A stretch of DNA of 64,000 nucleotides. Source: an uncultured bacterium. Its GTDB lineage: Bacteria; Myxococcota_A; UBA9042; PHBI01. Of this stretch, positions 52,500-62,556 are shown in pieces. Within the stretch, counting starts at the first letter, position 1. Every line of letters starts with the position of its first letter. The notes beneath the pieces were generated by a model. That model was not told the DNA's origin. It saw nothing but the letters and a program-made list of their open reading frames with translations, and made no database searches. Where the stretch lies: positions 13,513-77,512 of the forward strand of contig CALHXW010000039.1 of assembly GCA_938040325.1 (NCBI GenBank), given 5' to 3'. A program made the translations under genes and the position numbers.

Positions 52500-53513
52500 A
52501 TGCAAGAACACAGACCGCCACGAACAAGGCGCCGACGAGGTGGATACCGAGCGACCCTCGTCCTGCTCTTCGCTGGGGCTGTCGGGCTCTTCGCGCTGGC
52601 GCCATCCGACGCCCTCGCAGAGTCTCCTCGCTCGGTCGGCGAGGTAGAGCCCATCACGTTTGCCAGCCCGTCGGTCGGCAAGCGGCGGGTCAAGGCGATG
52701 GTGTACCTGCCGGCGGGCTACCAGACGTCCGGCGAGCGATACCCTGTCCTCTATGCGCTGCACGGTCTCGGGGGGCACGGTCGCGACTGGTTCGACTCGA
52801 AGAAGGGCAACCTCGAGGGCAAGCTCGACGGCCTGATCGCCGCTGGCGTCATCCCGCCCATGATCGTGGTCGCGCCTGACGGCGGCAACCAATACTGGAC
52901 CAACCACCTCGGCGCGGAGAAGCGCCGCTTCGGCGACCTTGTCAGCGTCGACTTGGTTCGCCACATCGAGGCGACCTACCGGGTACGGGCCGAGCGCAGC
53001 GGCCGAGCGCTCGTCGGCATCTCGGCGGGTGGACACGGCGCCGTCTCGATTGCGCTCAGACACACGGATGACTACTGCGCGGTTGTCAGCCTCGGCGGCG
53101 CGCTCTTTCGCGAGGCGCCAACGCACCGCAAGATCTATCGCCGCGTCTGGGGTGAACCCGGGCCAGGCAACGACGGCACTCACTGGCGAGCGACCAGCCC
53201 GGTCGCGCTGGTCGCCAGTGCGTCGCCAGAGACGCGCTGGCCGGCCGTGTTTCTGAGCGCAGGACGGGACGACAACAAGGGCAAAGCAAAGTTCGTGGAG
53301 CTCGCGCGCGCCTTCTCAGCTCAGCTCACCGCACGTGGCGTTCGCCATGAGATGGTCGAAGCGGAAGGCGGCCACCAGTGGTCGGCGTGGATGGAGCCGG
53401 TCGACCAGTGGCTCGCCTTCATCGGCAAGTCGTTTCAAACACCAGACGCCGTCGCGCCCGAGCCTGCGGGGCCAACCGGCAACCTCGACGCGCGGCCCGC
53501 ACCAGCGCCCTGA
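52500..53513 (+). CDS. Secreted esterase (putative esterase / enterochelin-esterase-like alpha/beta hydrolase)
   Basis: Signal peptide with RRRRGG n-region. YPVLYALHGLGG, GISAGGHGA (GxSxG) and C-terminal EGGHQWSAW. Start uncertain: the track ORF begins at 52410 overlapping the previous gene, and 52500 (MQEHR) gives a plausible signal peptide. Confidence 0.75.
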   Translation: MQEHRPPRTRRRRGGYRATLVLLFAGAVGLFALAPSDALAESPRSVGEVEPITFASPSVGKRRVKAMVYLPAGYQTSGERYPVLYALHGLGGHGRDWFDSKKGNLEGKLDGLIAAGVIPPMIVVAPDGGNQYWTNHLGAEKRRFGDLVSVDLVRHIEATYRVRAERSGRALVGISAGGHGAVSIALRHTDDYCAVVSLGGALFREAPTHRKIYRRVWGEPGPGNDGTHWRATSPVALVASASPETRWPAVFLSAGRDDNKGKAKFVELARAFSAQLTARGVRHEMVEAEGGHQWSAWMEPVDQWLAFIGKSFQTPDAVAPEPAGPTGNLDARPAPAP

Positions 53514-53564
53514 GCGCGCTCCCCGTGTGGAGACAGTGCTGCCAGGGTGATGGCCGGCACGGCG

Positions 53565-56500
53565 TCAGGCGTCAGCAAGCCGGTCGGCATGTGCCGGAAT
53601 GGCCTCAAACGAGCGCCTGAGCTTGTCGCTCTCAAAGGCCGCAGCGCAGCGCTTGAGCGCCGCTGTCGTCATGCGCTGAAGGTCGTCGGCTTCGTTCCAC
53701 CGGTTCATCGCAACGAGCGTCGCGGCTAGCGCGTTGAGGGTCTCGGTGTGGTGGACGATCTCAGCGCCAGACAGATCGGGTACGACCGCTAGGGCGCGGC
53801 TGACGTGGTCTTCCGCGGCGCTTGCATGATGGCTTGCCCATGCAGCCGTTGCGCACAGGGCCGAGGCACGCAGCGCCATGGTCGGCGAGAGCGCGTCGAG
53901 CTTGGACACGAGCTGGATGAGCGTGTCCGTCGTCTCTGCAGACGCGGTGACGTCTCCGTCGTTCCAAAGGCGGCTGCGAAGCTCGAGGAGTGCGACCGCA
54001 TGCGCCTGGGTGGGGCTCTTGACGGTGGGCAAGAGCCGCCAGGCTTCCCGGAGGTAGGGCAGGGCTCGCTTGGGTAGCCGCTGGTCGAGGCAGAGGCTTG
54101 CGAGCTCCACCAGGCGTGCGATGACGCGGTCGTTGTCGGCCTCGGCGTAGGTGTCTTTGAGCGCTTGTCGCAGCAGCCCCTCGGCTTCCTCGAAGCGGCC
54201 GCAGGCGCGCAAGCAGTCGCCGACATTACCGACGGCGAGGGTCGCGTAGCGCTGCAGGCCCCGGCGCTGAGAGAGCAGCATGGCCTCGCGGGATGCCTCG
54301 AGCGCTCGCTCAAAGCGCCCGGCGTAGTAGGCGGCCATCGAGAGGTTGATGAGGAGGCTGACCTCCATCTCGACGAGGCCTTCGTTGCGCGCGACCTCAA
54401 GCCCCCATGCTGCCCAGTCGATCCCCTTGTTGGGGGCAGCGCTCGATGTGTAGCTGTAGCTGAGCGTGACCGCGATCCGCGCGCGCACCTCACCCAGCTC
54501 GGGATCGTCGCCAGCGACCTCCAGGGCACGCTTGAGGTCCGCCAGACCGGCGCCAGCGCCGTCACGGTCGCGCTTGATGCTGCCGATGAGCCGAAGCGCC
54601 ATCGCCTGGTCGCGTCGGCTCTCGCGCTCGACGGCGGCTTGGTGGCCTCGCTCAGCGTAGGCCAGAGCGTCCTCGAAGCGCCGCGCGTCGATCATGACCA
54701 GCGCCAGCCGGTCGATGGCGGTAGCGCAGACGGTCTCGTTCTCGAGGTCCTCGCCGATCGCCAGCAGACGCGCGAAGTGGGTCTCGGCCGCCACGAGGTC
54801 ACCGGCCGCGCGGCTCGTGGCTCCCAGGTGCTCGCGCAGGGTCGCCTCGTGACGGAGGCGGCGGATCACGCCGAGCCCGGCCTTGGGCAGTGTCTCGAGC
54901 GCCGCTTCGTACCAGACGACCGCTCGGCGCGTGTCACCGGCGACTCGGCACTGGTCGGCAGCGTCCGTGAGGTAGGTGAGGGCCACATCCGGCCGCCCGC
55001 CGAGGTTCCAGTGGTGGGCGAGGGCAGCGGTGTCGTCGTCGCCCCCCTGTTGCGCCTCAAGCCACTCGGCGGCTTCGCGATGTCGGCGCTCGCGGTTCGT
55101 CGCGCTCAGGCTGCGAAGCGTCGCCTCCCGGATGCCCTCATTGCCAAACGTGAGGCAAACCTCCGGGCCCATGAAACAGCGCGTGAGCAGCTCGCGTTCG
55201 ATGAGCCCGCGGACCGCCGTGGCGGCGCCCGTCTCCCGTGACTCAAGTCCGTCGATGAAGAGCGCCGGCACCGGGTTTGCGAAGACACATAACGCCTCCA
55301 AGACCGACCGCGCCTGCGGGCCTAAGACCGCAAGCCGCTCGTTCAGCGCTGCCTCCACCGAGGCTGGCAGCGGCACGTCCACCCCGGCCCGGAGACGCCA
55401 GCCGTCGCCTGTGTTGGAGAGATCGCCGCGCTCCATGAGCGTGTAGAGAACGTCCTGGATATGGCCTGGGTTGCCGTCGGTGACCCGCTGAAGGGCTTGG
55501 AGCTTGTCCGGCGGCAGCGGCTGCTCGCCGAACACCGCGCGCAGCATGGCGGCTGTGCCGTCCACGTCCATCCCGGTGAGCCGCAGCCAGCGGGTCTGGG
55601 GCATTGCCTCGAGGGCTTCGGCATCTGCTGTCTGCAGGGAGCTTCGGCGCAGGCTCAAGACCAAGAGGAGCGGCGGCGTGTCGCTCTCGTCCAGCTCGTC
55701 GAGTGGCGACAGCACGCGACTCACGCGGTTGACGACCTCAAGGGTGGCGCGGTCGAGTAAGTGGACGTTGGTGAGGATGACCACCGACGGTCGGGTCACC
55801 CCCTGGACGAGCAGGCGGGCCACCTCAACGGGGGCCACGGGCTCGGCGGACTCATCGACCGTTCCGGCCAACACGCGCTCGCAGAGCAGCTGGTCGCGTC
55901 GGCTGAGGGACGAGCCGATCGCGGAGTTCTTGCGCGCGGCGAGCCACGGGAAGAGCGGTGCCAGCGGGCGCTGTGTGGGCGCCGCAGGAATGCCTTCGAT
56001 CACAAAGACGCCGTCGAGCTGTGCCGTGCGCTTGAGCTCGCCCAGTAGACGCTGCTTTCCAACGCCCGCCGGGCCCTCGATGAGCCACACGCGCGCGGCC
56101 CGGGAACCAGGCTCGATCGCAGCGCGATAGCCGGCGATGAGGGCATCGAGGTGCTCAGGACGGCCTGCCCATTGGGCGCTCGAGAACCTGCCGAAGCGCG
56201 TGTCGGCGGTCTCGATCGGATAGGGCGGCACCACCACCGTGTTGATGGCCCGGATCAAGGCATCTGCGCCGCTCGGTCGGTCGCTGGGCCGCTTGGCGAG
56301 AAGCGCCAGCACGGCGTCGGCAACGGCGCGATGGATCTCGGGGCGGAGCTTGCCAAGGTCAGGAGGGGGCTCGTGCTGGTGAGCGGCTCGGAGCGTCTCG
56401 CTGGTTCGTGCCGTGAACGGGCGCCTCCCTGTCAGCAGCTCAAACGCGATAACGCCCAGCGAGTAGAGATCGGCGGAGGGCCCGGCCACGAGGCCTGCGA

Positions 56501-58217
56501 GCGTCTCGGGGGCCGCGTACGGCAGGCACGTGCGCTCGCCCCGTTGGATCGACCGGAGCTTCTCGGTGGGGTTTCCGGGGTCGGTGATGACCACCCGTGC
56601 AGCGCCCGCCTCGCCTGTGGTCACAATGATGTTTTCCGGCTTAAGCGAGAGGTGGGGGCGCTGGGTGTGCGTGTGCAAAAAGACGAGGCCGCGCGCCACC
56701 TGCACGAGGAGCTCGTAGATGTCCTCAACGCCTTTGCCCTCAATCGCCCCTCGTATCGACGGCCCCTCGATGTAGTCGAGGGTGTAAAACGCACGCGGCG
56801 GCGCATCGACGTTTGCGTGCTCGTTGGGCAGCAGCCCGAAGTCGTGAATCGCCACGAGGTTGGGGTGCTTTAGGCGCGCCAGGTCGCGAAACTCCGCCTT
56901 GAACTCGTCAATGCTGGCGCCCTGGCTTGGCTCGAAGATCTTGAGCGCGACGGCCGCGCCGTCGCCGAGGCGGTCATGGGCCAACCACTTCTCGCCAAAC
57001 GCCCCGGTACCGAGCTTCCGGGCCAGCTCGAACCGACCGAGCAGCGCGTGAGGTTGTCTCGACGCCTCGCGCGCCCGGTTTCTCGGGACCGTGGAGCGCA
57101 GGCGCTGCTCGAGCGCATCGTGCGGGACCGTGGCGTTGGTGCGATCGACGTCTGCGGGGTCCAGCGTCTGGGCGGCTGGCAGTGCACCGGTGTCGGCCAG
57201 GGCGGTGGGGCCGGTGTCGGCGGTCGGCGTTCGTCCTGGCATGAGCGGGCGAGCGTGTTCATCGGTGCGCGGCGCGCGCTCGCGCGGCAAGAGCTCTCGC
57301 GGTACGCGAGGGACGTCCTCGGGCTCTGGAGCCGGTTGGCCCAAGAGCGCTGAGAAGGCTTCCGCCATGGCCGTCGCCGTTCGGTAGCGCTGGTCGGGGT
57401 CGACGAGCAGCGCTCGGTCCACCACAGCGGCCAGTCCGCTCGAGAGGTCGGGGCGTCGGGTCGCCAAGCTCGGAAAGTCGCCGCGGGCGATCGACGCCAC
57501 GGTCTCGTGGGTGCTGACGCCTTCCACAAGGCACGAGCCGGTCGCAAGCGTGTAGAGCGTGGCGCCGAGGGAAAACACGTCGACTCGCTGGTCGACCTGG
57601 CGGCCCATGGACTGCTCCGGCGCCATGTAAGCGGGGGTCCCCACAACCTCGAAGCGGCCAGAGCGCTGGTCCTGGTCAAAGAGGCGGCGCGAGATCCCGA
57701 AGTCGGTCAGCTTGAGCCGACCGTCGACGCTCAGGAGGATGTTCTCCGGCTTTAGGTCCTGGTGGATGATCCCGTGGGCGTGCGCGTAGGCCAGCACGCC
57801 GGAGACCGCCCGGCCGATGTGGGTGACGAGGGTCTCATCGAGTGGCGTCCCCGCCGGAGCCAGGTCGCCAAGGTTTTTGCCAGCGACGTACTCCATGACG
57901 AGGTAGAGGCGGTTGGAGTAGAGGCCGCTGTAGTCAAAGATCTGGACGATGCCAGGGTGGTTGAGGCCCGCGAGGTTGCGCGCCTCCTGCTGGAAGAGCC
58001 CGGCGAGGCGATCACCGCTGGCGGTCACCATCGATCGGTCGACGACCTTCAGAGCGACCTCACGGTCGAGCAGCGTGTCGTAGGCAAGGTAGACGATCCC
58101 CATACCGCCACGCCCCAGCACGCGCAGGAGGTGGTAGCGGTCGATGCTCGCCGGTGCGGTTTGGTTGCGGGGTTTCCTCACGGCGACACGGTACATCGGG
58201 CCGACCGAATGCGTCAC
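53565..58217 (-). CDS. Giant tandem kinase: active Ser/Thr kinase, pseudokinase (HRD to HLS, DFG to DPG), STAND P-loop NTPase and TPR
   Basis: Domain 1: LGRGGMGIVYLA, ALKVV, HQDLKPENILL, DFGISRR, APEQ. Domain 2: LGTGAFGEKW, ALKIF, HLSLKPENIIV, ITDPGNP. P-loop LIEGPAGVGKQRLL. C-terminal half is TPR-like. Confidence 0.88.
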   Translation of the reverse strand: MTHSVGPMYRVAVRKPRNQTAPASIDRYHLLRVLGRGGMGIVYLAYDTLLDREVALKVVDRSMVTASGDRLAGLFQQEARNLAGLNHPGIVQIFDYSGLYSNRLYLVMEYVAGKNLGDLAPAGTPLDETLVTHIGRAVSGVLAYAHAHGIIHQDLKPENILLSVDGRLKLTDFGISRRLFDQDQRSGRFEVVGTPAYMAPEQSMGRQVDQRVDVFSLGATLYTLATGSCLVEGVSTHETVASIARGDFPSLATRRPDLSSGLAAVVDRALLVDPDQRYRTATAMAEAFSALLGQPAPEPEDVPRVPRELLPRERAPRTDEHARPLMPGRTPTADTGPTALADTGALPAAQTLDPADVDRTNATVPHDALEQRLRSTVPRNRAREASRQPHALLGRFELARKLGTGAFGEKWLAHDRLGDGAAVALKIFEPSQGASIDEFKAEFRDLARLKHPNLVAIHDFGLLPNEHANVDAPPRAFYTLDYIEGPSIRGAIEGKGVEDIYELLVQVARGLVFLHTHTQRPHLSLKPENIIVTTGEAGAARVVITDPGNPTEKLRSIQRGERTCLPYAAPETLAGLVAGPSADLYSLGVIAFELLTGRRPFTARTSETLRAAHQHEPPPDLGKLRPEIHRAVADAVLALLAKRPSDRPSGADALIRAINTVVVPPYPIETADTRFGRFSSAQWAGRPEHLDALIAGYRAAIEPGSRAARVWLIEGPAGVGKQRLLGELKRTAQLDGVFVIEGIPAAPTQRPLAPLFPWLAARKNSAIGSSLSRRDQLLCERVLAGTVDESAEPVAPVEVARLLVQGVTRPSVVILTNVHLLDRATLEVVNRVSRVLSPLDELDESDTPPLLLVLSLRRSSLQTADAEALEAMPQTRWLRLTGMDVDGTAAMLRAVFGEQPLPPDKLQALQRVTDGNPGHIQDVLYTLMERGDLSNTGDGWRLRAGVDVPLPASVEAALNERLAVLGPQARSVLEALCVFANPVPALFIDGLESRETGAATAVRGLIERELLTRCFMGPEVCLTFGNEGIREATLRSLSATNRERRHREAAEWLEAQQGGDDDTAALAHHWNLGGRPDVALTYLTDAADQCRVAGDTRRAVVWYEAALETLPKAGLGVIRRLRHEATLREHLGATSRAAGDLVAAETHFARLLAIGEDLENETVCATAIDRLALVMIDARRFEDALAYAERGHQAAVERESRRDQAMALRLIGSIKRDRDGAGAGLADLKRALEVAGDDPELGEVRARIAVTLSYSYTSSAAPNKGIDWAAWGLEVARNEGLVEMEVSLLINLSMAAYYAGRFERALEASREAMLLSQRRGLQRYATLAVGNVGDCLRACGRFEEAEGLLRQALKDTYAEADNDRVIARLVELASLCLDQRLPKRALPYLREAWRLLPTVKSPTQAHAVALLELRSRLWNDGDVTASAETTDTLIQLVSKLDALSPTMALRASALCATAAWASHHASAAEDHVSRALAVVPDLSGAEIVHHTETLNALAATLVAMNRWNEADDLQRMTTAALKRCAAAFESDKLRRSFEAIPAHADRLADA

Positions 58218-58405
58218 GCGGGTCGATCAACTCTTCGGTGATTGGCGTTGTTGGCAGCGAGCTTCACGCCACATTGGGTGCTGGTGGAGCAGCCGGTACG
58301 CTTGATGGACAACGCGGCCTTGGCTATGACGGACGTATAGCGCGGCCGGTCGGTCGCCGTCCGCAAACCGCATCGCGCTGTCTTGTCGGCGCTCAGGAGC
58401 GACCC

Positions 58406-59341
58406 ATGGCCCATTCCGCACGCGTACGCGAGATCCTCAGCTGGTACCGAAGCGAGAACCCCGGCGTTCTCACCAACCTGGGTCGGCTCTTCAACCACGG
58501 GCGACTCGCCGGAACCGGCCGCTTGGTGATCCTGCCGGTCGACCAGGGCTGGGAGCACGGTCCCGCACGGAGCTTTGCGGTCAACGCAGATGGCTACGAT
58601 CCTCGCTATCACTTCCAGCTGGCCATTGACGCTGGTTGCAGCGCCTACGCCGCTCCGCTCGGCGCGCTTGAGGCCGGTGCGGCGGACTTTGCCGGTGAGA
58701 TTCCGCTCATCCTCAAGGTCAACCACAACAACTCGCTCTATGCGGTCAAAAACCCCAACCAAGCCGTTGTCGCCAGCGTCGACGACGCACTGCGGTTGGG
58801 ATGCGTGGGCGTCGGCTTCACGGTCTACCCGGGAAGCGCGAACGCCCAGGATCAGTTCGAAGAGTTCCGCGCGCTTGCCAAGGAGGCCAAGGCGAAGGGC
58901 TTGGTCGTCGTCCTCTGGGCCTACGCCCGTGGCGAGCAGATCTCGAAGGCGGGCGAGACGGCCATCGACGTGATCTCCTACGCCGCCCACATGAGCGCCC
59001 AGCTCGGTGCTCACATCATCAAGGTCAAGCCGCCGACGGCTCACCTCGAGCTCGCGTCGGCGAAGAAAGCCTACGAGGACAATGGACGCGCCGTCGGCAC
59101 GCTCACAGAGCGTATCGCCGACGTGGTTCAGTCGTGCTTCAACGGGCGTCGCGTCGTGATCTTCAGCGGTGGCGCCGCTAAGGACACGGCCAGCGTGCTC
59201 GCTGAGGTCAAAGAGATCGCAGCCGGTGGCGGGTTTGGCTCGATCATGGGCCGCAACGCGTTCCAGCGACCGAAAGCCGAAGCCGTCAAGCTGCTCAACG
59301 ACGTGATGGACGTCTTCGCGGCGAGTGTCCCGTCTAGCTAG
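58406..59341 (+). CDS. Class I fructose-bisphosphate aldolase (DhnA / archaeal-type)
   Basis: VILPVDQGWEHGP, Schiff-base lysine context IIKVKPP, GGAAKDTASVLAEV, MGRNAFQ. Start set at ATG 58406 (the track ORF begins at 58154 with low-complexity residues). Confidence 0.8.
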   Translation: MAHSARVREILSWYRSENPGVLTNLGRLFNHGRLAGTGRLVILPVDQGWEHGPARSFAVNADGYDPRYHFQLAIDAGCSAYAAPLGALEAGAADFAGEIPLILKVNHNNSLYAVKNPNQAVVASVDDALRLGCVGVGFTVYPGSANAQDQFEEFRALAKEAKAKGLVVVLWAYARGEQISKAGETAIDVISYAAHMSAQLGAHIIKVKPPTAHLELASAKKAYEDNGRAVGTLTERIADVVQSCFNGRRVVIFSGGAAKDTASVLAEVKEIAAGGGFGSIMGRNAFQRPKAEAVKLLNDVMDVFAASVPSS

Positions 59342-59360
59342 CGCTAGTGCTAGTGCTAGT
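59337..59360. repeat. Hexamer microsatellite GCTAGC-GCTAGT-GCTAGT-GCTAGT overlapping the aldolase stop codon. Five CTAG tetramers fall within 27 bp
   Basis: Read directly at 59334-59360. Confidence 0.6.
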
Positions 59361-59497
59361 CCAGGCGCCATTTTTGAGCGAGGCGAACGCGATGTGCTCG
59401 GCGTCGCTCCCCTCGAACTGTCCCGCCAATCCTGCGGGTTTCGCTGCTTGACCTCGGCGCATCTGTGACCACCAAACCCCTCGGCTTGGCCGCTGCC

Positions 59498-60673
59498 TTA
59501 CTCGCCGGGCTTGCGGCCTGGGCTTAGGCGCTCGAGCGCCGTTCGCCGCGACCACGTATCCTCGATCGTCTGCGCGATCTCGCGTGCTGCCTCGCTATCG
59601 CCGATGGCGAGCAGCATCTCGACAAGGTGGATGCGCGCGTCGTCGGCTTGAGGACCGCCCGCATGGATGAGCGTCATCAGCGTCATGCGTGCTCCTCGGC
59701 GGTCGCCGGCGCGCCAGCGAACACCGGCGTCCACGAGGCTCGCGCCGTCAGCAATCATGGCGTCAGGGCTGGTTCGGGCGGTCGCGACCAGCGCACGGGC
59801 CTCGTCCAGCTGCTCGAGGTGCAGGTGGGCCTCCGCGCCAACCAGCGCTTGGCGCGGATCGCTCAGATCGCCAAGCGCGGCGAGCGCATCGGCGGGATGA
59901 CCGGCGAGAACAAAGGCCTGGGCGATGTCTGTGGGGTCCACGTCGAGCCGATGGAGCGCTGCTGCTGGGCTACGACGGATGGCTAGGACGGCTTCGCCCG
60001 CCAGCGCGCCCTCGGAGAGCGCCACGACCGGTGAGAGAGCCCGGGCTGCGGCGAAGACGGACTCGATGTCGACCGGCACGATGCCGCCGCCCCCGGGGTG
60101 CGGGCCAACGACCGCCAGGTCCACGACGAGGACCTGTCGCGTACGACGCCAGAGCAGCTTGAGCGCCGCCAACACCTGGGCCTGGTGATCGTCGTGCCAG
60201 GCCACGTTGAGTGCGCCAGAGCAGAGCACGAGATCGTGAGGTGTGGCGACGGCGAGGCTATCGACGCAGCGGAACGTGGCGTTGGCATCGCTCTGGTGAA
60301 GCTCGGAGGCTGTCGCGCGCTCGATCATCGGCTCGAGGATGTCCTCACCGACGTACTTGCCGTCATACCCCGCCTGGCGCAGGCGCTTGAGGAGCACGCC
60401 CTCGCCACAGCCGATGTCGACAACGCTATTGACGGCTGAGAGATCCGGGGCCGCCTCGAGCAGCAGTGCGTGTCGGATCTGTTGGAGGGCATCGGACTCC
60501 CACCCGACCCGTCGACCGGCCGTGGAGGCTGTGGCGAGCGGCCCGTAGAAGCTCTGGGCGGCGGCAACGCGGTCTTGGCTGAGGGGTGCATCTGTTGAAG
60601 AGCGGATAGGGACGTCCTTAGAGGAGAGGCGAGAGCAGGCCCGCCGTGGAGTAGAGGATCCGTCGGCCATAGC
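59498..60673 (-). CDS. Class I SAM-dependent methyltransferase with a C-terminal TPR-like helical domain
   Basis: SAM motif I VVDIGCGEGVL. C-terminal helical repeats. Start uncertain: ATG at 60673 overlaps the cls 3' end by about 55 bp, and no alternative start lies before motif I. The first 107 residues of the track ORF (Ser/Thr-rich) are rejected. Confidence 0.65.
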   Translation of the reverse strand, partial: AMADGSSTPRRACSRLSSKDVPIRSSTDAPLSQDRVAAAQSFYGPLATASTAGRRVGWESDALQQIRHALLLEAAPDLSAVNSVVDIGCGEGVLLKRLRQAGYDGKYVGEDILEPMIERATASELHQSDANATFRCVDSLAVATPHDLVLCSGALNVAWHDDHQAQVLAALKLLWRRTRQVLVVDLAVVGPHPGGGGIVPVDIESVFAAARALSPVVALSEGALAGEAVLAIRRSPAAALHRLDVDPTDIAQAFVLAGHPADALAALGDLSDPRQALVGAEAHLHLEQLDEARALVATARTSPDAMIADGASLVDAGVRWRAGDRRGARMTLMTLIHAGGPQADDARIHLVEMLLAIGDSEAAREIAQTIEDTWSRRTALERLSPGRKPGE

Positions 60674-62093
60674 TCTGCTTGAGTTCCCAGTCGGCCGACA
60701 CTGGACTGGCGCCGTCGAGGTCGCCCTCAAACTGGCCAGCCAGCTCGGCGCAAAAGGCGGCACCGTAGACGAAAGCGTTGAGCTCGTAGTTGATGTGGAA
60801 CGACCGGTTGTCCATGTTCGCCGAGCCGATGGTGCCAAACCAGTCGTCGACGACGAGCGTCTTGGCGTGGACAAAGCCACGGTCATATTCCCAGACGGCG
60901 ACCCCGGCTTCGAGCAGCTCGGCATAGTAGCTGCGCGATGCGAGGTCGACGAGCCAGTTGTCGGTGCGCTTGGGCACGAGCAAGCGCACGTCAACGCCGC
61001 GGAGCGACGCCGTCACGAGCGCTTCTTGGATGATGCGGTCGGGGATGAAGTAGGGACTGGTGATCCAGACGCGGTCACGGGCCTCGGTGATCGCTTGGAA
61101 GTAGAGGCGGTGGATGAGCGACCAGGGACGGTCTGGACCGGACGCCACGATCTGAACGATCGCATCGTCGTCGGTCGCTGGCGTCTCGGCCTGCGCGGTC
61201 GACGGACTCAGGGTGCCTGTCGGAAAGTAGGCGCTGTGGTCAAGCAAGCGATCGGTAGCGACCAGCCAGTCCTCAACGAAGACCTCCTGGAGCGCGAGGA
61301 CAGCGGGCCCGTCGATGCGGACGTGCGTGTCGCGCCACTCGCCGACGTCCGGGTCGAGGCCCAAGTACTCGCGGCCTACGTTGATGCCGCCCGTGAAGCC
61401 AACCTGGCCGTCAACGACCACGATCTTTCGGTGATTTCGGTAGTTGATGCGGTCGCGTCGGCGAAAGCGCGCGAGCAGCCTGACAGGCGAGAAGTACGCG
61501 AACTCACCGCCGTGAGCCTCGAGCGGCGCCCAGAAGTCTGCGGGCAACGACCAGCTGCCGACGGCATCGCAGAGCACGCGGACCTCGACACCCTCCGCCG
61601 CCCGCGCGACGAGCAGCTCACGCAGCGCTTGGCCCGTTTCGTCGGGCTGGATGATGTAGAACTCAACGTGGATGTGGTGTTTGGCCGCGTGGATGGCGTC
61701 GACCAGGGCTCGGTACGTGTTCGCTGCGTTGTGTAAGATCGTGGCCCGGTTGTTCTGGCTGGCGCGGATGCCGGATGCGTTCTCGGCAAGCTTGGTCAGC
61801 GACTTGGCTCGGCCGGCGACCGGCTGGGGCTGAAAGACGGCCGGCGTCAGTCCTTGGGCGACCAGGGCCTCGTCAACCCGTGCTGCGCTGCGCTCGCTCG
61901 TCTTGGTCCGGCGTCGCTTGGTCCGGAGCCCGAAGAAGAGATAGAGCAAGACGCCGACCACAGGCAGCAGCATCACGGAGAGGATCCAGGCAAGGGTCGC
62001 GGCGGGGTCGCGACGCTCGAGCAGGACAAAGCCAAAGATGATGACGAGCTGCAGGGTCAGCAGCGCCAGCAGGACAATGACGCCGATGCTCAT
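60618..62093 (-). CDS. cls: Cardiolipin synthase (PLD superfamily, two HKD motifs)
   Basis: Two N-terminal TM helices. HRKIVVVDG and HAKTLVVD HKD motifs. 491 aa. Confidence 0.92.
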   Translation of the reverse strand: MSIGVIVLLALLTLQLVIIFGFVLLERRDPAATLAWILSVMLLPVVGVLLYLFFGLRTKRRRTKTSERSAARVDEALVAQGLTPAVFQPQPVAGRAKSLTKLAENASGIRASQNNRATILHNAANTYRALVDAIHAAKHHIHVEFYIIQPDETGQALRELLVARAAEGVEVRVLCDAVGSWSLPADFWAPLEAHGGEFAYFSPVRLLARFRRRDRINYRNHRKIVVVDGQVGFTGGINVGREYLGLDPDVGEWRDTHVRIDGPAVLALQEVFVEDWLVATDRLLDHSAYFPTGTLSPSTAQAETPATDDDAIVQIVASGPDRPWSLIHRLYFQAITEARDRVWITSPYFIPDRIIQEALVTASLRGVDVRLLVPKRTDNWLVDLASRSYYAELLEAGVAVWEYDRGFVHAKTLVVDDWFGTIGSANMDNRSFHINYELNAFVYGAAFCAELAGQFEGDLDGASPVSADWELKQSYGRRILYSTAGLLSPLL

Positions 62094-62556
62094 GAGAGCC
62101 CTGCCTGCGCGGTGCGAGGCTTGGAGCGTCCCGACACGTCGAGCGGTTGAGCGTCTCTTAGCTCGGGTACGCCACCTCGGCGCGGGTCTTCGGGCGGAGA
62201 TCCATGGTGACCAACCGCTCGGTGCCGCGCTCGGGCGATCAGCAGCGGCCGTTTAGCTCGCGGCGTCGCTCGGTGGATTCGATGACCAACGAGCGACGAC
62301 ACAGTGCGCTGCAGGTCCAAAGTGAGGAGCACAGTCACTCCTCTTGGGGGCTCTAGCAGCGTGCGGGAAAATGCGGACTCAAAGACGAAGTGAGGTTTGC
62401 CGCTGGGGCAGCGAACGAGAGGAAACCGCATTTCCCCCACCGCTGCTCGCGCTCTGATCGGGGACTCGGGCATGGCGTGACACTGCGTGCGCCAGTCAGG
62501 CCTGTCAAACTGGCGTCGTCACCGAGCGTTGGGCACTCGTGTTGAGCCCGCGGCCG

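Noticed and set aside
59498-60994. Ser/Thr-rich 107-aa N-terminal extension of the methyltransferase ORF
   Set aside because: It overlaps about 375 bp of the cls gene in another frame and has low-complexity composition. The methyltransferase is called from ATG 60673.
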